A stretch of DNA of 64,000 bases from Paraspadella gotoi. Taxonomy: Eukaryota > Animalia > Chaetognatha. The stretch spans positions 5,062,711 through 5,126,710 of the forward strand of contig JBJCIZ010000239.1 of assembly GCA_051294375.1 (NCBI GenBank). The letters are read 5' to 3'. Below are positions 24,818 through 38,713 of the stretch, piece after piece (within the stretch, counting starts at the first letter, position 1; every line of letters starts with the position of its first letter). The position numbers and the translations under genes are program-made. A model generated the notes under the pieces. It was not told where the DNA came from, made no database searches, and saw nothing but the letters and a program-made list of their open reading frames with translations.

Positions 24818-25093
24818 ACCTCTTGAGGGAATGTCTTGGGGAGAGGTTTGAGATTCGTGGGGGTCAGACTTTAAGGGATCGAAGTCTTCTGGTTGCCAAT
24901 TGGGTGAGAAGACTAATGAGAAGAGTTGAGTGGTTCGTATGGGAGAAGTGATAGGGGGAAGTGATGGGGGAAGTGATAGGGGGAAGTGATAAAGGGTGAA
25001 TGAGGTTGTTGTGAATTTGAAGGGTTGTGTAAAGGGGAAAAAACAATGAATGATATTGAAAAAGAAATGGGAAAAGAAGAGAGAGAGGAAGAT

Positions 25094-25132
<39 letters not shown>

Positions 25133-25860
25133 AGGGAGGAGGGAGGAATAGATAGAGAGGAGTGAGAGAGTGAGTGTTATTAACAACCACAAAAAGAATG
25201 AAACGTACGTACAACGCCTCATGGTGCACAACCTGACAGCCACGTATTACGTGAGATACAATTCGCACTTTGTGATAATGTGATCATGTGAAATTTATTC
25301 GTTGCGAGGGGTCTTAAGGGTAGAGTGCCTACATGACGAATATTGATCATAATTATTCGGTATTACACCAATTTAGTCGTTTAATAACCGAACGGACGGG
25401 ACGGACAGAGACAAACAGAGAGACAAACAGACAGAACGACAAACAGACAATGAGACAGAGAGGTAGAGAGTCAGCCCATCCAAAACTCGATGTGCTTTGC
25501 AAAGTAACACAATTCTTTCTTGACTCTTCAAGAAGTCGAATATGCAAAGATCAAAGGCTCGTGTGTTGTCGGCTCCAGGAAAGGAATAGGAGGGAAAGGG
25601 GAAGCGATGGAGTGGAACTGTGACTGGGTGATGCAGCTTGTAGAAGGGGGTAAGTTTTGTGGATAAGGCGTTGAGTGGGCTGAAGAGTGCCATTCGAAAC
25701 TTTTTTAACCCCCTCTAGCAGCCATGGACGGGTCCTGGGCTTGGAACCAGGCTTGAGGGTTTCCTACGCCCCAAGGATCGATCCCGGTAGTTAATGAGCT
25801 GATGGTTATTACTCAATCAGCTCCGGTTCGCAACTGAAGATGTCATGCCTATATAGGCGG
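22740..25860. repeat. ~1.56-kb tandem duplication (22740-24300 / 24320-25860), probably an assembly artefact or uncollapsed haplotype
   Basis: Near-identical copies differing mainly by small indels. Confidence 0.85.
23996..24300 (+). ncRNA. structured repeat RNA, group II intron-like (copy A1, 3'-truncated)
   Basis: GTGTG start, CTCCAGGA/TCCTGGAG stem, 34-nt GAGCTG..CGGTTC stem at 24238-24271. Near-duplicate of 25561-25860. Confidence 0.4.
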
Positions 25861-25897
25861 GGTGAACTTACGTATAGCATTTCCCGACTACAGTTAT
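25561..25897 (+). ncRNA. structured repeat RNA, miniature group II intron-like (copy A2, complete)
   Basis: GTGTG 5' end, several hairpins, D5-like 25796-25829, D6-like AACTG(25832-36)/CAGTT(25891-95) with unpaired A25890 and terminal AT. Covaries with 48241-48680. Confidence 0.45.
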
Positions 25898-26017
25898 GTG
25901 ATAGAGTTCCGTTGCTCTATCTCTCTTCAACAACGGCGTAGGAAAAATCGTTAAAAAAAACTGACTGGGAGAGAGAGAGAGAATTATAACAGGAGTGAAT
26001 TTATCGCCTGGGCGAGC

Positions 26018-26077
<60 letters not shown>

Positions 26078-27385
26078 AGAGAAGAGAAACGTGGAGGAGT
26101 GTNNNNNNNNNNNNNNNNNNNNNNNNNTCAGCTTTAGGCGGGTGAACTTACGTATAGCATTTCCCGACTACAGTTATGTGATAAGTTCCGTTGCTCTATC
26201 TCTCTTCAACAACGGCGTAGGAAAATCGTTAAAAAAAACTGACTGGGAGAGAGAGAGAGAATTATAACAGGAGTGATTTATCGCCTGGGCGAGCGGAGAG
26301 ATGAAGAAATAAAACTAAAAATATTTTAGCAATCAATTTATGGTAAGATTTCCATGTAAATACATGTAAAGAAAGACATTGATGAAAATACATGATGAAA
26401 ATAAAAAAGAATCAAGAATCCGAAAATGAAAAAAATTAGTTGAAAGAAGAAATGAAAAAGAAACTCGAGCAGGTAAGGAAAGAATAAGGCCAAAAAAATC
26501 GAAAGAAAGGAAAAATTAAGAAGAATTAACACGAAATAGCAGAAAGAAAAGAAAAAAAAGAGAAACAAGACGGCGAGAACGATAAGCAAAATTTAAAACG
26601 GAAATTGAAATATATGGTCGCCGTTTGAGGCGACGCGAAATGCGATCAAAACTGTCGCCTTGGAATCACTCCGGTTACAAAAAAAAACAAAAAACAGAAG
26701 GATACCAATTTTTTTTATTTTAAATGAATTTTGTTGACACGAAGTCATTCAATTTTTCCACGACCATAATTGTAAGCAGATGTTTTCAGTTCTTTGAGTT
26801 CATTGGTCTAAGTAATACCCTACTATTTTTAGTTAAAGCTTAAAAGTGAAAATCTTTAAAAAAGTTATTATATTCTTCACAGCGTCTCAACCTCATAATG
26901 AATCTACTTAGTTCATAGAAATCTTCAGTTCGAAATGAATTGCAACATTAGTTCCCCAATCCATTTCCGCCTCATTGAATCACTTCGAATCTGACGAAAC
27001 GGAAAACTTACTCGCGCTCATTCGTGGAAAAAAAAGGAAGTTCATTTTTTTTTTTCAAAAATCCAAAAATCCGGAACATTTCTTAATTATTTCAATTATT
27101 TGGCTAAATTAAAAAGACAAAATTTCTCAAATACGAAAAAACAAAAAACGAGAAGATATGTTTTTTTTTCTCCAAATGATATAACGCTTAATAAAAAACT
27201 AATTTTTTACACTTTTTTCCCACTTTTTATCTTCCCCTTCTAACTTCTTCTTTTTCTTTCACAAAACCATCCTCATTCAAACCTGTTTTGATTTACTCTC
27301 TCGTCCTCACATTTATTTTTTTTTACATTTTCCCGTGGAGAATCTCTCCCTCTCGCCCACTCCCCCCCTCCCCCATCCTCCTCTA

Positions 27386-27650
27386 ACTTTGATCGTCGGC
27401 CGCTGGCCGCACCGTCGGCGCATCCCGACGCGTTCGGCGCCGCGTCTCCACCGCCGCAGCATGTCGTCGTTGGCGCGGTAGAGTAACGGCGACCGTAACG
27501 ATGGCCTCAACCGGCCCGCAATCAGGGAAGCAACCGAGAGCTGAAAAACTTCTTTCCCGCGTCTTCATACCTGCGGTCGGATTCGCACGCACTCACCTGC
27601 GCTCTCAGCACTTTTGTGTTGGTGGAGTCGGTCACTGAACTCGCCTATGT
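27386..27650 (-). other. GC-rich 5' exon-like island (Inr-like TTCAGT, CAG|gtgagt donor, tttttcag acceptor)
   Basis: CpG-rich island in AT-rich DNA with consensus splice sites. No recognisable protein. Confidence 0.3.
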
Positions 27651-28206
27651 GTTCGTTTTCTCACTAGCCAGGCATGTCTAGCACGTAATGCCATGCTTCG
27701 ATTCCGAATGGAATGTCAATGACCGGTCGCGATAAGAATTAAAGTTAGTTAACTTTGTCAAACTTGCCATAATTCCCCTCATTGTCGTTGAGTTGGTCTT
27801 CATCTATTCTAACGCTTTGCGTCAAGTCTAATGTCAATTCCTAAAAGTTATGAATAAATTGTTTGATCCCCTCTGCCTCCATCCGGAACATCAGCAATTA
27901 TTACCCTCCCTCCAAACTCTCACCTCATCTCTAACTCAAGCTACCATTATAACAATCACCCACGGCCTTTCTCCATCTCAGTAAACACTAAGCGCACACA
28001 CCCACCACTGGTTTTCACAACTTGCCGCGGTTTCCCACTCAAAATTCTTCTTCCGTATTTGTCTCCACAGGATCCATTATACTTCGCGGCCTTAGAGAAT
28101 CCATATTTTCTTGCACTTCTCATCTCTCTTTCACTCGGCGCATCCATCCGCTCACAAAAAAACCTATCCTCTCTCCTTCTCTCTGACTTTCTCTTCTCTT
28201 CTTCTC

Positions 28207-28250
<44 letters not shown>

Positions 28251-28840
28251 CTTTACTTTATTTATTACGATCTAATATTTGGAAGCTTTAGGTTCACACT
28301 TAGTACCGGTTTTGAAAATTCGATTGTTAGTCTACTTAGTATTGAATTGATTGGACTAAAACTAAATTAATTTGTTGAAGTGATCGATCCATTTTGATTT
28401 ATTGATTGATTGATTGATTGCCTGGTATTGAGTTACTATGATTACTGGGTTGGAATTTAATTACAGCTAATCTAATTAACGTTTACTAATCGGACGTTAT
28501 CTTATTTATTTAATCCATAAGAAGTTATTCCTTTTGCCAGATTCCAAGAAAGAGAAGATTAAAGAATCTCTAAAACGAGGCAGGGCCTCCATCTCCCAAT
28601 TTACAGGTAGGACGCGACGGCAACCGATTCACAGTAAAACCGATTTCCGCGAATTCGAAAAAAAAAACTGTTTCGCGCACTCGTTTCTTTTTATACCCCA
28701 AGAAACAAATAAATCTCTTTACCGTTCAAAAAATATACTTATTTTTTTCTCCGAATGTCTCTACTTCGTCTTCTTATCTCTCCTCTGACTCCCTCTCTCT
28801 CTCTCTCCGTGCTCTCTCTCTCTCTCTCTCTCTTTCTCCT

Positions 28841-28871
<31 letters not shown>

Positions 28872-30962
28872 CTTTGCACGCATCGACCCATCGGTGCCAC
28901 TCACTCCTTTTCTTTCGCGGGTGATGCGACGCCGCTCACTGGGTCGCGCTCTACGAAAAAGCCCCGCTTCGAATTGTTGCACGCTGCACGCCGCCCCGTC
29001 TCCGGCCGCCCTGCCGCTGCCGCCGCCGCCTACGTCGCCGCGCGTCAAAACAAAGTCAGAAAAAATATGGGGGGCATTTCGTCACCATCAAAACGACAAG
29101 GACAATTAGTTGTAGTTAAAGACAAAGATAATGACCAAAAGAAAAAAAAGGGCGGACAAAGAAATAATTACAAAAGCAGAGAGAGGACTGGACTGTTAAG
29201 AGATTGAAACCAAACTCGAAGGAGTTTATTTGGTTATGATGAGAGACGAGAGAGAGAGAGATACGTAGAGCGGGTCAGTACGGATGGCAGGTGCGGTAGA
29301 GGAGAGTGATTAAGAAATATATGAATAAAACGGAGATTGAACAAAATAATAAAGAATATTTTTTTTTTCGACGCATAAAAAAAAAATAACAGATCTCGAA
29401 GATACGGAGTGAGCGGTTTTTTGGATCAACAATTGAAATTCGGAAAAAAACCCCATTCGTCGATTTCCGACCTTTTTAGGACGTGACTGTCGGAGGAGTG
29501 GTACGGAAATGTGAAGAGAGAGGGTGTGTGATAAAAAGAGTAGGAGTTTTTGGGATTCAAGTTATGACAGTTAAAGAAAAAGTCTAGATGTATTTACAAA
29601 TAAAGTCATTAAAAAACAAGAAGAAAATACTTAATTCCATCGTGTGATTTTATTACAAACCAATCTTTAGAAATAAAATAGCCTATATGACGAGCAGGGA
29701 GACACTGATCCGTGAAAAGAGAAGGAAGAACACTTGGGAAGAAAAGAAGATTTAAGTAAACTGAGTGAATTAATGAGAAGTAAACACATTCCATTTCATT
29801 GGACGTGGAGTAAGCGGCTCGTTCGGCGAATTTCGACGATATTATGTTTTTTTGTTTAATTCATAATCAATGAATAAAAACTTATTACATTACGTAATGT
29901 GACTTAGATAGTCCAATAGATCCAAATAAAGTTTTTCCGCTAAACAAAGCATGAACACGTATAAAATTTCCAGAGCGAGTGCTCCAGTAAGATTTCTCGT
30001 TGACACTTCTTTGCGAATAACAAAAAGTTTTTCATTTGACCTCTTTTATATTAATGATCATTTAGTTGACTACAATATTTTGTTGAGAAGGACTGCCAAT
30101 GTCAATTCTCGTCTTTACTTCAAGCAAGATCAACCATTATTTTTTTGGCTACTGTACTCATTATCGAACTCTTAATTTACGAAAAACTATTTATTACAGA
30201 CTTCGGGAGTCCCGTGATCTCTATTTCTATGTTCGATTAAGGTGTTTCCTGCGTCATTCATCCACAAAAAGAACATAATAAGTCACTATAGGACGAGGCC
30301 ACGCTCCCTTGCCGGTGCAATTCGTGTATTCTCTACTACTCTATAGCGCTCTGCATTTCTCTCTCATCGGTCTCTCTCTCTCTCTAGAGTGTGGGAGGGC
30401 GTTTCGTTGGCGAAAGAAGTTCGCTCACATCAAAGACTTGTTAACGTCCTGACTGTTATTGACCAACTCGTGTTTTTTTTTTCGTTGTCTTCGTCGTCGT
30501 AGTTAACTCGTTATACTTATATTCATCGTTATTTTTATTACAAACAATCTTTAGAAAAAAATTAGAGAGGGAGACACGATCGTGAAAAGAAGAGAAAACA
30601 CTGAAGAAAAGAAGATTTATTAAATATGAATTAATAAATAAAACATTCATTCATTGGCACTGGAGTAAGCGCTCGTTCCCTGTTTAAAAAAAAATGTTAA
30701 CGACCATCGGGCTCGACCTCTAAGACATTTGGATAGAGAGACGATTAGACTCGCCTTTCGCTCCCATGACCGTTATAAAGGGTTGGGGTCGATATTAATC
30801 CACATTATTACGCTTAATTAGCTAATAATTCAGTCTTGCGTACCAGGGGAAAAGTAATACAGCCAAATTGATATTTTTAATTGATAGTAAAATTGCTATT
30901 TTTAATTGATAGTAAAATTGATATTTTTCCCCCTTCGGTATGCAAAGAACGAATCGATTCTC

Positions 30963-30963
<1 letters not shown>

Positions 30964-31057
<94 letters not shown>
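30964..31057. repeat. (ATT)n microsatellite
   Basis: Pure trinucleotide run. Confidence 0.97.
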
Positions 31058-31734
31058 GAATCACGACTCTGAAACTTTACACTATTTTTAAGCTGAATAT
31101 CTTCGTCTAATTTTGTTCCTAAGATTTTGAAAAGAAAAAAAATATGAAAACTGGTCTGCAATTTTTTTTTTTTTTTTTTATAAATCGTAAAATTCTTTTT
31201 AATTTAATGGCGAGGCGTATCCGTATGAATACTGCTCTCTCCGATTAAAGAGACGGACGTTGAAGCACGACTTACAGCAATCCGAAAAAAAAAGTATTGA
31301 TTATTTCTATTATTGTTGATTATTGATTATTGTTTCAGTTATTGGATACCTAAAAAAGGCTCGGAAATAAATGCTTACTATGCATTACACCAACGAAGTA
31401 TATTTAACGAAATACCATGCAATAGAATACGAAATAATTGTATTACCTTTATGAAATTCAATGAATGAGAAATTTAAAAAAAAACGTTTCAAAAGTTGTT
31501 AAACCCCCGTTATTAGTCAATACATTTCTAAAAACCAGAAAAACTGTTTTAAATGAATAATCGCTCTAAAAATAAACGAATGTGGGAGGAACCTTAATAT
31601 ATTTGCGGTTGAAATTTTAATTTATTGGCTTCTTGGTTATCCGCTGAGGTGGGTCCTCGACAAGAGATAATGTCCTCGGACAATTATTGTTTTTTTTAAA
31701 GGGAGTGCTACAGAAAGGGATAGTTCATAAGTAA

Positions 31735-31860
31735 AATTGGTTCAACCAATATAAAAATTATCCATTCCTTTAACAATTTAGATGCCCCTGACTTTGGACA
31801 TGATTTCGTGGTTTAAGGCCTCTATCAGTTTTACAATGTCCCTGCAAGCTTTCTTTGAGA
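31735..31860 (-). mobile_element. dispersed ~165-bp repeat family, diverged copy
   Basis: CAACCAATATAAAAATTATCCATT..CCCTGACTTTGGACA..TTTAAGGCCTC matches the family. Confidence 0.65.
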
Positions 31861-32270
31861 TTTAATGAGTTCAATGAGATTGGATCTCTCAATCTCATTT
31901 ACATATTGTAGTTCTGACTTACAATGTTAATATTCTTGTTTTAAAGTTTTTGATAGTTTTGTTTTTCTGGTTTTTGGTATTTATATATGATTTTAGGTTA
32001 TATGACTGTTGTTTTACACTATAATTTTTTTTTCCATGACAAATATATAATTTTGGAATCCTTTTTTGCCTTACAATTATAATTTTTTGGTACATGGAAA
32101 GTTTCCCCAAGTCTTATTTTGAGTCTAAAATAAAAACTTAAGTTTAGGATTTGTAAAAAGCCGCAGCGAAGAGAAAGAAATGTAAAAAATGCAGCATCGA
32201 ATCCGCGGCAGCCAACGCTGCAGAGAAGTTGGAGCTTTTGTTCTTGTGTTTATTATTCAAGGAACACCGG

Positions 32271-32311
<41 letters not shown>

Positions 32312-32511
32312 GTCTCTCTCTTCTCTCCTCCTCTCTGTTGTCATAACCTAGCTTTGTAATATTAAAATTAATATTAATTTATTAAAAGGATAAGCTACAT
32401 ATAAATATCATTTTCATAATTTCCTTTCTCCCTTCTCCCTTTTCCTCTGACCATAAACAGACTTTCTTCTTTTGTTACCGGTTTCTCTCTCTCTCTCTCT
32501 CTCTCACATCT

Positions 32512-32544
<33 letters not shown>

Positions 32545-33133
32545 TCCTCTCTCTCTCTCTCTCTCTCCCTCTCCTCTTCTCTCCTCTCTTCTCTTTTCTC
32601 TTCTCTCTCTTGTGAAGATCATCTTTCTTGTTGTCAAATTTTCTCTCTCTTCATTCTCTCTCTCCCTTCTCTCTGGGAGATATTCTCACTCTCTTACCGT
32701 TTCAAGAAAAAAAAGCCTCTCTCTATATCAAGTTACATTCCAGTTCTCATTCTTCTCTCTCCTCTCTCTCTCTTCTCTCTCTCTCTCTCTCTCCTCTCTG
32801 ATGCTTTGCTTTTCTCTGTTTTTTCGTACACAATAGTCTGTTATGAGAGCGAACGAGATCCTTGTGTCTGTCTGTCTGTCGAAAGTCATCGTCGTTATTT
32901 TCTTTTCACCCCAAAAACATCACTCAAAAATTAAAAGATCCCGCTGCAATCATAACAACAAAAACAAACAACAATAATAAGAAACAACAACAAACAAACT
33001 ACTGTACCCAAAAATGTTTCAACGGCTACGCGATAAATATATTAATAGTATCAATTAAAAATGTAATCTATAAAAATAATAATAATAATAAAAATAATAA
33101 TAAAAAAAAAAATAATAAATAATAATAATAATA

Positions 33134-33182
<49 letters not shown>

Positions 33183-33552
33183 TAATAGAATACTGAGAAT
33201 AATACTGTTGATAATAATTACTATTCCTAAATCGTAATAGTAAATATCAATTTACCCTTTGTCTCCACTTTTTAGGATGTGAATTTCCTTTCTCCTTCTC
33301 TATCCTTTTTTAAAATTCTTTTTTTTTTTCTCCGTTTGCTCTTTTTTTTTTCTCTTTCTTCTCTCTCTTCAACTACGCACGCGCAACTTACCTCCCCCAC
33401 CCCTCCGCGCCCTCTCGTGCCACGTATTCCCACCTGCCGCGCGCAACTAGCCCCCCTGGTCTCTCCCTCTTTCTCGTCACACGAAAACCAAAGGCGACTT
33501 TCGCCTGACCTTTTTGTTTACATACTCTCTCTCTCTCTCTCTCTCGTCTCTC

Positions 33553-33585
<33 letters not shown>

Positions 33586-33706
33586 TATCTCTCTCTCCTC
33601 TCTCTCTCTCTCTCTCTACCTTATTTACCTTAGTCGTCGTTGTCCGTTGTTATCCCTCGTTCTCTGCCATGTCACATCGTCGTCACGGGCAAGGTTTTCT
33701 TATTCT

Positions 33707-33789
<83 letters not shown>

Positions 33790-34164
33790 AGAAACTTACT
33801 TTTTTCCCAAACTTCCAATATCACTTCCGTTAACTATTAAAAAGATGAAGCCTACTTCCAATGAATCATTAAAAAGAAATTAAAAATTAGGTAATTATTA
33901 ATTATTAATTTGTCTTTCTCTCTCTCTCTCCTTTCCTTTGTCTCTCTTTATAACCGCCTCAGATTCGGCACGCGAGTCCACGCGTAGTCTCTCTTCCGGT
34001 TCTTCTGCCTTTTGTTTTCTTTTGCTGTCCTTTTGTTTTCTTTTGTTTCGTTTATCTTTTGTTTTTCTTTCCTCGTTAATATCCCTTTCGACCTTTGGTT
34101 GGGCTATTTTAAAAAAAAAGTGAGTCACTTCAAACAGACGTTAAGGTTTTTATTAAATTTTTAT

Positions 34165-34179
34165 ATATTATTATTATTA

Positions 34180-34262
<83 letters not shown>

Positions 34263-34302
34263 ATTATTTCTAATTATTATTATTTATTATTATTATTATT
34301 AA

Positions 34303-34392
<90 letters not shown>

Positions 34393-34415
34393 TGTTGTTG
34401 TTGTTGTTGTTGTTA
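34165..34415. repeat. (TAT)n/(TGT)n microsatellite
   Basis: Long trinucleotide run. Confidence 0.97.
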
Positions 34416-34964
34416 TTTCAGTGATTTATATATTTTAACAGCTACTTTCTTTTCAGGCGATGACAAGAGTAAATAGCAAAAATACAATTTGCATATTGCA
34501 GTGTTTAGTAAATATTACTTTTTGAAAAAATATTTTAACAAAAACACTTCGAAAAATGATTGTAAAAAGAAAAGCAGTTTTGTCAGAAAAACTTTATATT
34601 TCATATTTTATTTAACTTACTTTTTCAAAAGTAAATACTTAATGTTGTTATATTAGTTAAATTTTTATTGGTTTTAGGAAAGAAATGCACCACTATATAA
34701 GTTTGTTATCGGAATTTCAGTTCCACCCATTTCCGGCGAAGACGAGGGACGTCTTCACTCAGTATGATATTTGAGAGGTTCTTTTCGCTAGAACCAACCA
34801 TTGGATTACCAATCATTTTATCATGACTTGTTATTCTAAAGAGATTTATTCTATTAGTTGAATTNNNNNNNNNNNNNNNNNNNNNNNNNNNNNNNNNNNN
34901 NNNNNNNNNNNNNNNNNNNNNNNNNNNNNNNNNNNNNNNNNNNNNNNNNNNNNNNNNNNNNNNN

Positions 34965-35492
34965 TAAGAAGAAGAAGGAAGAGAAGAAGTTCCTCCCTTC
35001 CTCCTCCTCCACTCCTACTGCGCTACAACAACAACAACAACAACAACTACAAAACCACCAGATGCAGCAGCAAACGCAGCAACGGACGACGTTTTCCCCG
35101 TCCCCGCAGCAGCAGCAACAGCAAATTCCATTTCCTCAGCAGCAACCGCATCAAAGACGAACGGAGGTTTTCGGATTACCACATCAATCTCCCCAGCACC
35201 ATCAAATCGAGCCGCATCAGTTTCAACAACAACAACAACAGCAACAGCAAAGCTTCGTTCCCGATGGACATAGACTACAGCACCAGCTTCCTCTTTCGCC
35301 TTACCAACAACATCAGCCGACTCAACATCGACTTACCCACTTGGCTCCGCAGCAGCTCCAGCCGCTCCAACAGCTCCAGCAGCTCCAGCACCGTCACGCC
35401 CTGGGTCGACGGGAGGGCGAGACCTTTCCCTCCCCTTTTGCCGACCTGCTGGCGGCGGCCCCGCCTCCGGTGCCCCCTTGCCTCACCCGCGG
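34965..35492 (+). CDS. Q/P/H-rich exon fragment (polyQ low-complexity region), bounded by gaps
   Basis: 528 nt open and GC-rich. Mixed CAA/CAG codons are interleaved with non-repeat sequence (RRTEVFGLPHQSP, GETFPSPFADLLAAAPPP). Confidence 0.6.
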
Positions 35493-36656
35493 NNNNNNNN
35501 NNNNNNNNNNNNNNNNNNNNNNNNNNNNNNNNNNNNNNNNNNNNNNNNNNNNNNNNNNNNNNNNNNNNNNNNNNNNNNNNNNNNNNNNNNNNNNNNNNNN
35601 NNNNNNNNNNNNNNNNNNNNNNNNNNNNNNNNNNNNNNNNNNNNNNNNNNNNNNNNNNNNNNNNNNNNNNNNNNNNNNNNNNNNNNNNNNNNNNNNNNNN
35701 NNNNNNNNNNNNNNNNNNNNNNNNNNNNNNNNNNNNNGAGAGAGAGAGAGAGAAATACGAAAGGAGATAGAGAAAGACAAAGTCTAATAGACAGTCTTAG
35801 AGACAGACATTCAGATTAAAGACAAAAAGACATTCAGATAAACCAATAGACGGACAGACAGACGAAAGAGATGCTCTGTTGTTTTTGTTTTTTTTCTTTT
35901 TTTGTTGAATATTTTTTTTTTCTTCCATTTGTCTTATTTTTCATCTTTTGCCTCTGACAGTCGGCTGCGTCGGACCGCGACACTGGGTTCGGGGCGGCGT
36001 CGTGCTGCGACGCTGCGTCGGGCATCGTCCGGCGGCGTCCGCAGTCGATTTATCTCTTTTTTCATATGAATCGTACAATCGGTTTTAAATAATAAGTTTG
36101 TGTATTTATAAACGTTAACTTGATAACGTTAACTTAATAATAAGTTTGTTTATTTATAAACGTTAACTTTCTTTATCGGTAATATGTCTGGAAATTAGAA
36201 TATATATACATACATATATATATATATACATAAAAAAAAGAAAAACGGTCATAAAACTAAAATTGTAAATAGAGTTTGAAGTAAGATTATGTATAAAACA
36301 TCCTCGACAACCATATAAATACGAACTAAAACTATCAAAAAACAAAAAAAACAACAACAATGCCAGACAAAAAACAAATGATACCTTNNNNNNNNNNNNN
36401 NNNNNNNNNNNNNNNNNNGTGGGGCCGGGCCTTCATTAATTACTATGATTTATTAAGTAATTAATTAATTCATTAATCTAATCAATTAATTTGATAATTG
36501 ATAAGTTACTTAATCATCTCGTAAGCTTCTTACAGTTACCGATGAATGATTTATAAATTTAATTAATAATAAAATTAATTAATTTATGATTCGTCAAGAG
36601 AGAAGAAAAGGGAGAAAAGTAACTCGTTCTATCTATTATAATTATTTTCGGTACTG

Positions 36657-36657
36657 A

Positions 36658-36741
<84 letters not shown>

Positions 36742-36745
36742 AAAA

Positions 36746-36804
<59 letters not shown>
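36657..36804. repeat. (GAAA)n microsatellite
   Basis: Near-pure tetranucleotide run. Confidence 0.97.
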
Positions 36805-36807
<3 letters not shown>

Positions 36808-37141
36808 ACAGGCAAGCAACAAGGTTCCAGCCAACAAAAAGATCCCGACTTAAGAGAGGAAAAAAAATGTGTCGCGGGTCAAAATTGAAACGAAGATTGA
36901 TTTGGATTTTTAGATTTGGATTTTTAGATCTACTCCCTTTTGTAAAATCTGGAGCACTTTGGTTAACTTTGGTTAGTTTGGTTAACTTTGGTTAACTTTA
37001 AGTTTTTAATCGGAAATTAGTATAAATTGGTTTTTTTGAAAGATAGAAAGATAAAAAGATAGAAAGATAGAAAGACAGAAAGAATCTCCGATTGAGGGCG
37101 TGGAATAAAAATTCCAAGAGCGAAACCGAAAGGCAAACGAA

Positions 37142-37178
<37 letters not shown>

Positions 37179-38608
37179 NNNNNNNNNNNNNNNNNNNNNN
37201 NNNNNNNNNNNNNNNNNNNNNNNNNNNNNNNNNNNNNNNNNNNNNNNNNNNNNNNNNNNNNNNNNNNNNNNNNNNNNNNNNNNNNNNNNNNNNNNNNNNN
37301 NNNNNNNNNNNNNNNNNNNNNNNNNNNNNNNNNNNNNNNNNNNNNNNNNNNNNNNNNNNNNNNNNNNNNNNNNNNNNNNNNNNNNNNNNNNNNNNNNNNN
37401 NNNNNNNNNNNNNNNNNNNNNNNNNNNNNNNNNNNNNNNNNNNNNNNNNNNNNNNNNNNNNNNNNNNNNNNNNNNNNNNNNNNNNNNNNNNNNNNNNNNN
37501 NNNNNNNNNNNNATAGGGCGAGTAGAAGAAGCAACGAATGAATCAAAGTCACGAAATAAAATGAATAGAAAACTAAAGAAATGGAAAATAGCAATGGAGG
37601 ATTCGGAATATAAAATAAGAAGGTAAGAAAATGAGAAAATTAGAAAATAAGAAAATAGAAAAAAATCTAAAAGAGAAAAGTACATACACGCGCGGTCTTT
37701 TCATTAGTTTCACTCAATACGCAAAAATATCATTTACATAATGCAGTAATCGATGGAAAATTATCAGTTGTGGTTCAAACGAACGAAGGCGCTATGAAAA
37801 AGGGCGTGATCGACTCCTTTTTGAAATACTAACTGGCTGTTGTTCCTGATACTGTTGGTCAAGTGTTTTTGCTTTTGTTTTCTAGTTTCTTTTGTTGTTT
37901 TTTTGGATTAATATATAATAATATCGCAAGACAAAACATTGAAATTAAACAATAAAAAGACTACCCTCTTACAAAATGGATTTTGTTAAACAAATTTTTT
38001 TAGCTTTAAACGTTTTTAAAAGTTTATTTTGAATTTGTTACTGAACTTTGCTTTTCCAGTATTAATGAAGTAGTTTTTAACATTTAAAAAAAATACAATG
38101 TTACGATGTTATGTAAATATGCACAAAACTATTGAGATTGTGACAAAACTATTATAAATGGTGCACATTTACTATCTCATAACATATAACGAATTCCGGA
38201 AAAAAAATGACTTCTGTTTCTGATTAAATTAGTAATCTAGAATAAAGTGAAATTCTTGACCATTTAAAATTTGTAATAAAAGTATACTCAAACGATTCAA
38301 AACCACTTTTGTTTAATAAGTTAAAGCAACCGATCCAATTTATGATTTAATAGTGAAATGCTTTCCTTAAAACTCTCAACGATTTATAGCAATAATTGGA
38401 CTAAGATATTGTTTTTTGTTTTGTTTATGCGGCGCTCAATTGTATTCTTTTATATTCTTCCTTCTCCTCCTCCTCTTCCTCCTCCCCCTCTTCCTTTTCC
38501 TCTTCTTCTCTCATCATCACTTCCTCCCTTTAGATTCCATTATCATTTATTACTTCCTTCTCTCTCTCTCTCACTCTCCGTTCGTCACTTGATAAAATTA
38601 TCATTTAT

Positions 38609-38713
<105 letters not shown>

